From an uncultured Acidimicrobiia bacterium (GTDB taxonomy: Bacteria > Acidobacteriota > Terriglobia > Versatilivoradales > Versatilivoraceae), in NCBI GenBank assembly GCA_963786955.1, contig CAWBAT010000009.1, positions 160,001 through 224,000 of the forward strand: DNA of 64,000 bases, read 5' to 3'. The notes under the pieces were generated by a model, which searched no databases, was not told the origin of the DNA, and worked only from the letters and a program-made list of their open reading frames with translations. A program made the position numbers and the translations under genes. Below, piece after piece: positions 20,050 through 29,643 of the stretch. How positions within the stretch are numbered: position 1 is the stretch's first letter; each line of letters starts with the position of its first letter.

Positions 20050-20239
20050 CAGCCGCCGCCAGACCGGTCTGCCAATCGCTTAAGAACCAGACCCAGTCAA
20101 AACCCAGCTCTGCCAGGCGATCTAACTCGGCCTCCGGAACGTCGTCCAGCGCAGCCGGTCGACCGAGTACCTGAGACAACTCGGTCAGCCAGACACGGGT
20201 GTTAATTTGGTACAGCGAAGGATATCGAAGATCAGACCT
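20050..20239 (-). pseudogene. 5' remnant of an alpha-amylase (GH13) family gene; start codon mutated to AGG
   Basis: After SD GAGGAGG it reads (AGG)SDLRYPSLYQINTRVWLTELSQVLGRPAALDDVPEAELDRLAELGFDWVWFLSDWQTG, then recognisable similarity stops. Confidence 0.75.
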
Positions 20240-20248
20240 ATTCCCTCC

Positions 20249-22990
20249 TCAATTCCCGGCCGTCGCTACTCCTCCCACCTGCTCTCTCACGACCTTGGCG
20301 TACAGGACCCCGCGTTCGCTTTCCAGCAGTCTCTTGGCGTCGACACGACCAAAGATGTCTAGCAGTGGGGCGATCAAACCGGTCCACCCCGTCTGGTGGC
20401 TGGCCCCGAGGCCCGCTCCATTGTCACCGTGGAAGTACTCATGAAACAGGATCAGGTCGCGCCAGTGCGGATCGTCCTGGAACTTAGCCATCCCGCCGTA
20501 AACCGGTCGCCGTCCATTGGCGTCACTCAGGAAAGTGCCCGCCAGCCGGCGGACAAGCTCCTGCGCCACTTCGAACAGCGTCATGTACCGGCCGGATCCG
20601 GTCGGACACTGAACCTTGAATTCGTCACCGTAAAAGCTGTATAGGTTAGTCAATGCCCGGACGATCAGCGCATTGACCGGCATCCACACCGGCCCCCGCC
20701 AGTTCGAGTTCCCGCCGAACATCCCGGTATTCGATTCAGCCGGCAGGTACTGCACCTTGTACTCCTGATGACCCACCCAAAATAAGAACGGATGATCCAG
20801 GTGATAGCGCGAGAGAGAACGAATGCCGTGCGGCCCCAGAAACTCATTCTCGTCAAGCAGGTAACCGAGCACCCGCTCCAGTTTCTGCTTGTTGAGGATA
20901 GACAACAACCGCCGACCCTTGCATCCAATGAAACCCGCGTCTGTCGGAGCTACTTGGGAAACCAGCTCCGGATGACGTTTCCGAAACAGAGCGATTAGCT
21001 CCATGAGTCTCGGATGTCGCGTCACGTCCTCCGACTCAAACACCGTGGAGGCGCACAGCGGCAGCAGCCCCACTAGCGACCGCACCTTCAGACGCATGGC
21101 CTGGCCGCCGGGCAGGCGCAGCAGATCGTAGAAGAACCCGTCCTCCTCATCCCACATCTCGTCGTGATGCTCGCCGACACGGTCCATCGCATAGGCAATC
21201 CACATGAAATGCTGGACGAACTTGAAGGCAACCTCCTCGTACATCGGGTCGTATTCGGTCAGAATCAGAGCAATCTCCAGCATGTTCTGGCAGTAAAACG
21301 CCATCCAGGCTGTCCCGTCCGCTTGCTCCAGCGACCCGCCAGTCGGCAGCTGCGCGCTCCGGTCGAAAACCCCAATGTTGTCGAGGCCCAGAAAGCCGCC
21401 GGCGAAGACGTTCTTCCCGGAAGGATCTTTGCGGTTCACCCACCAGTTGAAGTTCTGCATCAACCCTTGGAATGATCGTTCCAGAAACCGCAGGTCCGCC
21501 CGGCCCAGTTGCTTTTCATATTTGTAAAGCCAGAGCGTGGCAAAGGCGTGCACCGGCGGGTTCACGTCGCTGAAGTTCCACTCGTAGGCCGGAATCTGGC
21601 CGCTCGGGTGGAAGTACAGGCTCCGTAGCATCAGCAGCAGCTGCTCCTTGGCGAAATCGAAATCCACCAGTGCCAGGGAGACCGTATGAAACGCCAGATC
21701 CCAGGCTGCATACCAGGGGTACTCCCACTTGTCCGGCATCGAAATCACGTCGGCATTCAGCATGTGGAACCATTCTGTGTTCCGCACGTCTTGCCGGGCG
21801 GATTCGAGCAGCGGATGACTCTTGTGCTCGCGCAGCCATCTCTCCAGGTCGAAGTAGTAAAACTGCTTGCTCCAGAGCATTCCCGCCAGCGCCTGGCGGT
21901 GTACCCGGCGCTGATCTTCGTTCAGCGATTGCGCCGTAATCCGGTTGTAAAATTCGTCTGCGTCGGCGATGCGGCTCTTGAATATCTTCTCGAAATCTCC
22001 GAATGCATCTTTTAACTTGGCGGACGATAGACGAAGGCGGACGGTCTTGCTGCCGCCGCCGGGGACATCGAGGACACAATGGGCCGCGGCCTTGGTCCCC
22101 ACCTTGTCGGGATTCACCGCCTCGCCGGACCCCGAGATGAGGTACTCGTGGAAGGAGTCTTTGACATAGGGGGTGGTATTGGGCTGGCCCCAAAGACGGT
22201 AACCATTGCTCTCATTTTCCGTGAACAGCAATTCCGGAGCTCCATCACAATACAGCCAGTACTCACCCAACTCATGGTGGGAGGCTTGAATCGTGCCCGG
22301 GCTCGTCTCCCGCAGCAAAGGCTTTCGATCGTCCTCACCCCACGACCAGGTATTCCGGAACCATAACGTCGGCAAGACACGCAGTCGGGCCGTTTCCGGA
22401 CCGCGATTGTGGACGGTGACGCGGATGAGGACGTCTTCCGGGCCTTCCTTGGCGTATTCCACGAACACGTCAAAGTACCGGTCGTCATTAAACACGCCTG
22501 TGTCGAGTAACTCGTACTCGAACTCTTCCCGCGACCGTCTCCGGTTCGTCTCGATCAGGTCCCGGTAGGGGTACTCCCGCTGCGGGTACTTGTACAGATA
22601 CTTCATGTAGGAGTGCGTGGGAGTGCTGTCGAGGTAGAAGTAGTACTCCTTCACGTCCTCGCCATGGTTCGCCTCGCTGTTGGTGAGGCCAAAGAGGCGC
22701 TCTTTCAGGATGGGGTCCCGCTCGTTCCACAGAGCGAGGGCAAAGCACAGCCGTTGCTTGTCATCCGAGATTCCCCCCAGCCCGTCTTCGCCCCACTTGT
22801 AGGCCCGGGAGCGCGACTGGTCATGAGTGAAATAGTCCCAGGCGTTACCATCCTCGCTATAGTCTTCGCGCACCGTGCCCCACTGCCTCTCGCTCAAGTA
22901 GGGCCCCCATTTCTTCCACGGGATGCCTGCTTCGCGGGCGTCATTCAACCGCTTCTGTTCGGTGACATCGATGATCTTTTGCTCTGCCAT
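20249..22990 (-). CDS. MGH1/GH63-like glucosidase
   Basis: WKKWGPYLSERQWGTVREDYS, MPDKWEYPWYAAWDLAFH, GFLGLDNIG, EYFHGDNGAGLGASHQTGWT. Confidence 0.92.
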   Translation of the reverse strand: MAEQKIIDVTEQKRLNDAREAGIPWKKWGPYLSERQWGTVREDYSEDGNAWDYFTHDQSRSRAYKWGEDGLGGISDDKQRLCFALALWNERDPILKERLFGLTNSEANHGEDVKEYYFYLDSTPTHSYMKYLYKYPQREYPYRDLIETNRRRSREEFEYELLDTGVFNDDRYFDVFVEYAKEGPEDVLIRVTVHNRGPETARLRVLPTLWFRNTWSWGEDDRKPLLRETSPGTIQASHHELGEYWLYCDGAPELLFTENESNGYRLWGQPNTTPYVKDSFHEYLISGSGEAVNPDKVGTKAAAHCVLDVPGGGSKTVRLRLSSAKLKDAFGDFEKIFKSRIADADEFYNRITAQSLNEDQRRVHRQALAGMLWSKQFYYFDLERWLREHKSHPLLESARQDVRNTEWFHMLNADVISMPDKWEYPWYAAWDLAFHTVSLALVDFDFAKEQLLLMLRSLYFHPSGQIPAYEWNFSDVNPPVHAFATLWLYKYEKQLGRADLRFLERSFQGLMQNFNWWVNRKDPSGKNVFAGGFLGLDNIGVFDRSAQLPTGGSLEQADGTAWMAFYCQNMLEIALILTEYDPMYEEVAFKFVQHFMWIAYAMDRVGEHHDEMWDEEDGFFYDLLRLPGGQAMRLKVRSLVGLLPLCASTVFESEDVTRHPRLMELIALFRKRHPELVSQVAPTDAGFIGCKGRRLLSILNKQKLERVLGYLLDENEFLGPHGIRSLSRYHLDHPFLFWVGHQEYKVQYLPAESNTGMFGGNSNWRGPVWMPVNALIVRALTNLYSFYGDEFKVQCPTGSGRYMTLFEVAQELVRRLAGTFLSDANGRRPVYGGMAKFQDDPHWRDLILFHEYFHGDNGAGLGASHQTGWTGLIAPLLDIFGRVDAKRLLESERGVLYAKVVREQVGGVATAGN

Positions 22991-23100
22991 GGTTTGTCCT
23001 CCTCTACGGTGTCTTTCCTCAATAAACCAATGCGACCGATAACCTGTCCAATCTTAGGCTAATATTACTCCCCTGCAAAGCGGACTGCATCAGAAACTGT

Positions 23101-24195
23101 TCACTGCACGCGGGGCGGCAACAGGTAAAGGGTCATGGCGAAGATTAGATATACCATCAGCACCAAAACTCCAACGAACCAGGCCGACCGACCGCTATTC
23201 GTGACCAGAGAGGCGGTCAATGTCGCGATCAGCATCATCACGACCGCACCGGGCCAAAACTGCAGGCTCATCGGCGTCGGACCCATGACGTAACTGAGCA
23301 GCACCAGCACCGGCGCGACAAAAAGCGCAATTTGGGCGGCGCTCCCCAACGCGATGCCCACGCTCAGGTCCAGCCGATTTTTGCGGGCCCCCGAAAACGC
23401 CGAGCCCATCTCCGCCGCACCGCCCACCAGCGCCACGACGATAAAACCTACAAACGCGGGCGTCATCCCGAACGCCACCGCTGCCTGCTGCACCGACTCA
23501 ACAAAAACTTCGCTCACCAGCGCTACGAACACCGTGACGCCGGCAAGCGTGGCGAGGGCCAGGCCCAAAGGCCACGGCGCCTCACCAGCTTCTCCGGGTT
23601 CGGCACTGGCAAACAGCTCGCGGTGAGTCTTGAGCGAGAACAACATCCCCAGCCCGTAAGCGACGATGAGCAGCACCGCCAGACCAAGACTTAAGTTCTG
23701 GGTGAACGCCGCTCCCGCCGCCGAGTCAGCTTCGCCGACCGCCGATGGAACCAACAGTGCGACTGTGGCTAGGAAGAGCAGGCCGGCTTGAACTCGGGCA
23801 CTGACCCGGTTGTATTCCTGCACGTGGTGCTTGAGTCCGCCAAGCAGAAACGACGCGCCCAACACGAACAGCGTGTTGGTGACAATCGCCCCGGCGACGG
23901 ATGCCTTCACCAGCATGTATTGCCCGGCACGCAAGGCAGCGAGCGCGATGACCAATTCGGTCAGGTTTCCCAGCGTGGCGTTGAGTAAGCCACCGACCGA
24001 ATCGCCTGTTTTGGCCGCTACGGATTCGGTGGCATGACTCAGAAGCGCCGCCAGGGGCACGATGGCCAGGACGGACAGCACGAATAGCAGCGTGTGAGCT
24101 TCGGGCTGAAGTTTCTCGGCAGCGAAAACCACGGGCACAAAGGCCAGAAGCCAGAGCAGTGGATTGTGACGGATTTCTTTTAAGAGAGGGCTCAT
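23101..24195 (-). CDS. cax: Calcium/proton exchanger (CaCA family)
   Basis: GGLLNATLGNLTELV alpha-1 repeat; second repeat GGAAEM...IALGSAAQIALFVAP. Confidence 0.92.
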   Translation of the reverse strand: MSPLLKEIRHNPLLWLLAFVPVVFAAEKLQPEAHTLLFVLSVLAIVPLAALLSHATESVAAKTGDSVGGLLNATLGNLTELVIALAALRAGQYMLVKASVAGAIVTNTLFVLGASFLLGGLKHHVQEYNRVSARVQAGLLFLATVALLVPSAVGEADSAAGAAFTQNLSLGLAVLLIVAYGLGMLFSLKTHRELFASAEPGEAGEAPWPLGLALATLAGVTVFVALVSEVFVESVQQAAVAFGMTPAFVGFIVVALVGGAAEMGSAFSGARKNRLDLSVGIALGSAAQIALFVAPVLVLLSYVMGPTPMSLQFWPGAVVMMLIATLTASLVTNSGRSAWFVGVLVLMVYLIFAMTLYLLPPRVQ

Positions 24196-24245
24196 GAGAG
24201 TTCACTCCATAGCATCGGTCGAACGATCTTTAGGCTGGGTTACGG

Positions 24246-25328
24246 CTAGTCTCCTAGGGAAATTCCAAGCGCCCGCGCGGTGCGCGCAAGATTGCCGTCG
24301 GGTGGAACGGTTTTCAAACGACCAACGGCTTCCCTGATCTTTACTCCCTTCACTCCCAGGCCGGTGAACGCAACCATTTGGCCGAAAACACCCGCGGCGA
24401 TAAGTTCCACCGCCGTCGCGCCAAACATGGAGCAAAGTGCGCGGTCAAATGGGGTCGGACTGCCGCCGCGCTGGAGGTGGCCAAGCACGCAATTGCGCAC
24501 CTCCTTGCCCGTGCGTCGTCCCAACTCGGCCGACACCACCGCGCCAATGCCGCCGAGCCGCGCCTCGCGATTAGCCTCTTGGACGGCAGAAGTTACGAAG
24601 TCGGCATTCTTTTCCCGCGCACCTTCCGCCACGACGACGAGTGTAAACTCCTTTCCTTGACCCTCGCGCTCCCGGACCTTCGCGCAAACGCTTTCGTAGG
24701 AGAACGGGATTTCAGGAATCAGAATCACGTCGGCTCCGCCTGCCACTCCCGCGTAAAGTGCAATCCAACCCGCGTAGCGCCCCATCACCTCGAGCACCAT
24801 TACGCGCTTGTGGCTCTCCGCCGTGGTGTGCAACCGGTCGAGCGCGTCGGTTGCGCAGGCCACGGCCGAGTCAAACCCGAAGGTCATGATCGTGCCCTCA
24901 AGATCGTTGTCGATCGTCTTGGGCACGCCCACGAGCGGAATGCCGTATTCATGCAACTGCTGCGCGATGGTCAGTGAGCCATCGCCTCCGATGGAAACAA
25001 GCGCGAAAATGCCGAGTGCTTCCATCCCAACTCGGACCCCTTCCAACAGTTCCGTCGGCAACTGCCGACTCTCACCATGCCCTGATTTCGAAGCGAACCT
25101 GCCGCGATTAGCGGTGCCCAGAATGGTACCTCCTCGCACCAGCAGCCCGCTGAGGGCATGGTAATCGAGGGGACGACATTGCCGTGGCTCCAGCAGCCCT
25201 TCGTAGCCCCCGAGGATACCGATGGTTTCCCAGCCGCGCATGGCCGCAGCCTTGGCGACGGCTCGAATGACGGCATTGAGGCCAGGACAGTCGCCCCCGC
25301 CGATTACTATGCCAAGTGTTTTTCTCAT
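24246..25328 (-). CDS. pfkA: 6-phosphofructokinase (PfkA family)
   Basis: GGGDCPGLNAVIR, GGTILGT, IGGDGS, PKTIDND, EVMGRYAGWIA, LGHLQRGG. Confidence 0.93.
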   Translation of the reverse strand: MRKTLGIVIGGGDCPGLNAVIRAVAKAAAMRGWETIGILGGYEGLLEPRQCRPLDYHALSGLLVRGGTILGTANRGRFASKSGHGESRQLPTELLEGVRVGMEALGIFALVSIGGDGSLTIAQQLHEYGIPLVGVPKTIDNDLEGTIMTFGFDSAVACATDALDRLHTTAESHKRVMVLEVMGRYAGWIALYAGVAGGADVILIPEIPFSYESVCAKVREREGQGKEFTLVVVAEGAREKNADFVTSAVQEANREARLGGIGAVVSAELGRRTGKEVRNCVLGHLQRGGSPTPFDRALCSMFGATAVELIAAGVFGQMVAFTGLGVKGVKIREAVGRLKTVPPDGNLARTARALGISLGD

Positions 25329-25797
25329 ATCTATTGATCGAGAACAGGTTGCAGAAATGTGTCTACTCAGTCGGCTACGGAGGAGAACCGTTTAAGTTCG
25401 TTGAGTCTATCATCGGCGCGCTCGCCACGCAACGGTGTGTCCACCCATGAATGCAACTTGATGGTCCTGCACACAGATGACTGCGGTGGTCAATTCGTCC
25501 GCGAGGCATGCAAGCGGGTGTGTCCTCTGCAGATCCTTTTGTAGTGCATCGTATCAGACGTTTGGAGACCTCCACGCCAGGCGGCACGCAAACTGGTCAC
25601 AGGGAAAATAGCCCGAGGGTTGCCCGGTCCATCCTTTCGCTGCCAGCACACACACCTCCAGCAAAGAAACCTAAACGCGTGCAATAGAGCCGAGCGTGGC
25701 GATGGCCATCGCGCAGGCCTCATTACTTCCCCGCGAGGGCTCGCAGAGCAAACTGTCATGAAGAGAAACTTGAAGAAGGGGAAATCGCATCCGGCTG

Positions 25798-25965
25798 GTA
25801 ATGCGTTAGTTATCGGGGGAATTTCTGGTAGGGCGCGCTCGCCGAGCGCGCCGCGGACGGCCCGGCGGTCCGTCCCTACCCACTCAGCCGCTACAGAAGC
25901 GACAATCTCAAATCGTCACCGAATGCCTTGCCCTTACAGATTTCCCCCCGTAACAAACGCATTAC
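25798..25965. mobile_element. 168-bp MITE (shell A), copy 1
   Basis: TIR GTAATGCGTTAGTTA.../...TAACAAACGCATTAC; TSD TCCGGCTG / TCCGGTTG; internal GTAGGGCGCGC...CCCTAC REP doublet. Confidence 0.93.
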
Positions 25966-26024
25966 TCCGGTTGGGCAAGATTACTATTTGACTCTATTCC
26001 CTGGTTTCCATTATAAGTTCGATC

Positions 26025-28433
26025 ATGGCTCGTATCTGCTCCTGGTTGCTCGATCACTCCCGCTTGAGTTTGTTCCTCATTTTCCTTCTGAGCGCAGGAT
26101 GGCTGATTCCCTTGCGCCACCTGGAGTTTGACAGTTCCTCAGCCTCTTTTATTCAAGCCAAGTCTAAACAGAATTCCTATCACGAAAAAATCCAACGAAT
26201 TTTTGGTAACGACGAAATTCTTCTCATCGGGATTACCAGCCCTGATTTACTGAAACGCTCCCTGTTGGAACAGATCCGGGAAGCAACGGCTAAAATGGAG
26301 AGGGTCGAAGGTGTCAAACGCGTATTAAGCCTCACGAACCTGATGGATGTTGAAGGGCAAGGGGACGAAGTCAAAATTAAACCCCTGGTTCCGGCAAATC
26401 TGGAAGCGTTAGACCTTGACGACTTGCGACTCCGCATCAGGTCAAATCCTCTTCTCGAGAAGCACGTCATATCCAAAGACCTCAAGAGCACATCGATCCT
26501 GGTCTTTTTGGAAAGCTTCGAACGCAAAAAGGCGCTTTCCCAAGGACGCTTCGTTACGCAAAAGGTGCATGAAATCGTTGACCCTCTGCGGCAGCACGCG
26601 GAGGTGTTCATTGGTGGCCTGCCGGAGATGGAGTTCGAGGGCACGACCAATATGATCAGTGACCTCAAGCTCTTCACCCCGCTAACCCTCATTTTGGTCG
26701 TGGGACTCCTCATCATGAGCTTCCGCTCCTGGCGCGGGATTTCATTACCTTTGCTGGCTGTGCTGATCGCTCTGCTCTGGACCCTGGGGCCCATGGCCCT
26801 CATTGGACGTCCCCTGACGATCACAACCCTCACGCTTCCGTCACTGCTGATTGCCAACGGCAGTTCCTATGTCATCCACTTCCTGACCCAATATTATCGC
26901 GCCTTGCTACGAGCCTACCGGCGGGAAGGGAGCACGTACAACTCAAGGGATACAACCTCCTTCCTCAACGCCCACGAATCAATCACTCCTCCTGCGCTAT
27001 TGGACAAGCAGCGTTATCGGGCGGTATTGCTTGAAACGCTCAGCTATACCCATGTCGCCATTCTCATCTCTGCCGCCACTACCATGGCTGGATTTGGGTC
27101 GCTGGTTATTAGTCCGATCCCGACCATTCGGGACTTCGGGATTTTTGCGACCTGGGGGGTATTTCTGGGTTATTTCCTTTGCATGACGCTGGTGCCCTTA
27201 CTCCTGTGGCATCATCGGATCCCCCCCCTAAAGGAAGTGCCGGGGCGAGAGGATAGTCATCGGCATTATCTGATGGGTAGACTCGGTCATTTTGATTTTC
27301 TCCGGGCGCCCTGGATTTATGGGGCGGCCCTGCTCTGCACAGTCTGGGCACTCTGGGGACTCTATCACTTGCAGGTTCATACCGACTACCTGGGCTACTT
27401 TCGCAAGTCTTCCCAAATTGCCAAGGCCTCAGAGGCTTTTGCTAGCCGTCTGGCAGGACTGGCCTCATTTTCTGTAGTGATCGAGGCTCAAGGAGACCGC
27501 TCAGTCCTGGATCCTGAAATCCTGAAGGCAGCCGATTCACTCCAGAATTCCCTGGGCCAAACAACGGAGATCGATAAAACCCTCTCAATCACCGACAGCT
27601 TGAAGTTGTTGAATCGCGCCTTTCATTCCGACGACCCCCAGTTTTACGTTCTACCTTCCGACCCGGCAGTCATCCAGGAATTGGTAGAATTTGCCGAATC
27701 GGACCCCAATAGCGTGACCGAAGAGTTCCTCAGTTCCGATCACCGATCCATGCGAATTCTGGTTCGCACCAGGATCTTCCGATCGACAGAACTCAGAAAC
27801 GAATTCAAAATGATTGAGCTTAAGAGCAAGGAGCTGTTTCCGGCTGACGTCCAGGTCCATTCGACGGGAACCCTGGTCTTGATGAATCAGACCTCAGACG
27901 GCGTGGCCGAAGGGCAAGTCGAGAGCCTCTTGCTCTCCACCTTGTTGATCTCAGCCATCGTCATCATTCTCTTCCGATCTTTCAAAGTGGGCGCACTCTC
28001 GCTGATCTCAGCCGGCCTGCCCGTTCTTTTCTTCTTTGGCCTCCTAGGCTGGACGGGAACTCCATTGAATATTAATACCAGTGTGATTGCCAATGTATCG
28101 ATCGGCATTGCCGTGGACAACTGCATTCATTACTTGATTCACTTTCGCCGACACAGGATTCGCAGGAAATTGGCGGTCCCTGAGGCCATGCGAGAAGCCC
28201 TCATGAGTGCCGGTGGCGCCATGATTTCCTCCGCGATTGCCCTGACCTTTGGGTTCCTCATCTTCGGCGCATCGCGTTTTGTACCGGTCTCTCAGTTTGG
28301 CTATTTGTCCGCTTCGGTCATGGGGGCCAATCTGATTGCCACGATCTTTCTGCTCCCTGCCCTTGTCCTGCTGCTGGGCCGGGAAACCGTGAAGAAAATG
28401 GATCTGGCTGAAGAAGCCTGCGAGGAATTGTAA
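26025..28433 (+). CDS. MMPL/RND-family exporter
   Basis: 802 aa with two repeats of TM + periplasmic loop + 5 TM; TTMAGFGSL, GIAVDNCIHY. Confidence 0.92.
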   Translation: MARICSWLLDHSRLSLFLIFLLSAGWLIPLRHLEFDSSSASFIQAKSKQNSYHEKIQRIFGNDEILLIGITSPDLLKRSLLEQIREATAKMERVEGVKRVLSLTNLMDVEGQGDEVKIKPLVPANLEALDLDDLRLRIRSNPLLEKHVISKDLKSTSILVFLESFERKKALSQGRFVTQKVHEIVDPLRQHAEVFIGGLPEMEFEGTTNMISDLKLFTPLTLILVVGLLIMSFRSWRGISLPLLAVLIALLWTLGPMALIGRPLTITTLTLPSLLIANGSSYVIHFLTQYYRALLRAYRREGSTYNSRDTTSFLNAHESITPPALLDKQRYRAVLLETLSYTHVAILISAATTMAGFGSLVISPIPTIRDFGIFATWGVFLGYFLCMTLVPLLLWHHRIPPLKEVPGREDSHRHYLMGRLGHFDFLRAPWIYGAALLCTVWALWGLYHLQVHTDYLGYFRKSSQIAKASEAFASRLAGLASFSVVIEAQGDRSVLDPEILKAADSLQNSLGQTTEIDKTLSITDSLKLLNRAFHSDDPQFYVLPSDPAVIQELVEFAESDPNSVTEEFLSSDHRSMRILVRTRIFRSTELRNEFKMIELKSKELFPADVQVHSTGTLVLMNQTSDGVAEGQVESLLLSTLLISAIVIILFRSFKVGALSLISAGLPVLFFFGLLGWTGTPLNINTSVIANVSIGIAVDNCIHYLIHFRRHRIRRKLAVPEAMREALMSAGGAMISSAIALTFGFLIFGASRFVPVSQFGYLSASVMGANLIATIFLLPALVLLLGRETVKKMDLAEEACEEL

Positions 28434-28480
28434 GTCTTCCCAATGTCTTGAAATATGTGGAGTCACTCAGGAGTCCTTTC

Positions 28481-29272
28481 ATGAATCAGAGATCCGTCAT
28501 CGCGTCGTTATCCCTTTTGTCGCTCCTTACCCTGCAGATTGAGATGCAAGCCGACCCAAAGGGAGAACAACTCGTCAATCAATACCTCAACCAGTCTGCA
28601 CGCCGCAGCGCTATTTTTAAAATGGGGGTGGATTACCAGGAAGCGGGGAAGGAACCCATCCAGCTTGAGTTTACTTGGATGAGGAAGGCTAAGCAGGGAT
28701 TGATGTCGCATCTGATCAAGATGGAAGCCCCACCTTCGGAAAAAGGCAAGTTGCTGTTGGTGCATGAAAAACCGGATGGAGACTCAGACTATATCGCCTA
28801 TCGACCTAACAGCGCCCTCAAGAAAAAAGTCCGGGTGTCTGGAGCGCGAAATTACAAATTCAAAGGAATCACGATTTCAGTCCAAGAACTCATTGGGGGG
28901 GAATTGCAGAAATACGATCACCAAGCAAAGGGGATAAAACCGATCGACGGCATCCAATGCGCTGAGGTTGAGAATCGGATCAAGCCCCAGTTCAAAAACG
29001 ACTCGAACTATCCTCGATCCATCGCCTATTTCCGCGAGGACAACGGGATGCTCCAAAAGTGGGAATTGTTTGGGGACTCGGATAAGCTTGAAAAAGTCAT
29101 CTATGCCGATGAACTAAAGAAGATCCAGGGAAATTGGACGGTGGCTATAGCGCGTGTTGAAGACTTAAAGAAGAAGGGGAAACTGGTTTTGAAAGTAATT
29201 GAAGGAAACTACAATTCATCTCCTTCTGATGAATTGTTTAACGAGGATTATCTAAAACAAAACTCTAAGTAA
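28481..29272 (+). CDS. Outer-membrane lipoprotein-sorting (LolA-like) protein
   Basis: Signal peptide; APPSEKGKLLL...YRP...KKVRV and KKIQGNW pattern; C-terminal DELFNEDYL; usual partner of MMPL exporters; SD AGGAG. Confidence 0.75.
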   Translation: MNQRSVIASLSLLSLLTLQIEMQADPKGEQLVNQYLNQSARRSAIFKMGVDYQEAGKEPIQLEFTWMRKAKQGLMSHLIKMEAPPSEKGKLLLVHEKPDGDSDYIAYRPNSALKKKVRVSGARNYKFKGITISVQELIGGELQKYDHQAKGIKPIDGIQCAEVENRIKPQFKNDSNYPRSIAYFREDNGMLQKWELFGDSDKLEKVIYADELKKIQGNWTVAIARVEDLKKKGKLVLKVIEGNYNSSPSDELFNEDYLKQNSK

Positions 29273-29624
29273 CTAAGTTATGCGTTAGTTATCGGGGGAA
29301 TTTCTGGTAGGGCGCGCTCGCCGAGCGCGCCGCGGACGGCCCGGCGGTCCGTCCCTACCCACTCTGCCGCTACAGAAGCGACAATCTCAAATCGTCACCG
29401 AATGCCTTGCCCTTACAGATTTCCCCCCGTAACTAACGCATTACGTAACTAACGCCAAGAGATGACGGCGGCGCAGAGCTCCGCCAACCACACGCGTATA
29501 ATTCACCCTCACCTCCAACTCCTCTCCCTCGCTGGGGAGAGGAGAGCCGAATATTCGTTATCTGGTCTAGGTCGAGCCCCCGCGAGACCTATCCCGCATC
29601 CCGATGCCCGTGAATGAGTTTCAC
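29153..29624. repeat. Left copy of a ~295-bp direct repeat (interrupted by a MITE); right copy at 35497-35789
   Basis: Covers the 3' end of the LolA-like gene, the intergenic hairpin and 12 C-terminal codons of an NTF2-gene remnant (VKLIHGHRDAG*). Confidence 0.92.
29277..29444. mobile_element. 168-bp MITE (shell A), copy 2
   Basis: Perfect 8-bp TSD GTAACTAA (29269-29276 / 29445-29452); empty homologous site at 35612-35619. Confidence 0.95.
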
Positions 29625-29643
29625 CAGACAGGCATCACCCTTC

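Noticed and set aside
17560-25276. Numerous 100-240 aa antisense or alternative-frame ORFs
   Set aside because: Shadow ORFs expected in GC-rich coding DNA; they have no motifs and fully overlap confident genes.
25798-29444. Composite transposon carrying MMPL + LolA-like genes between MITE copies 1 and 2
   Set aside because: Each copy has its own different TSD and the outer flanks do not match, so these are independent insertions.
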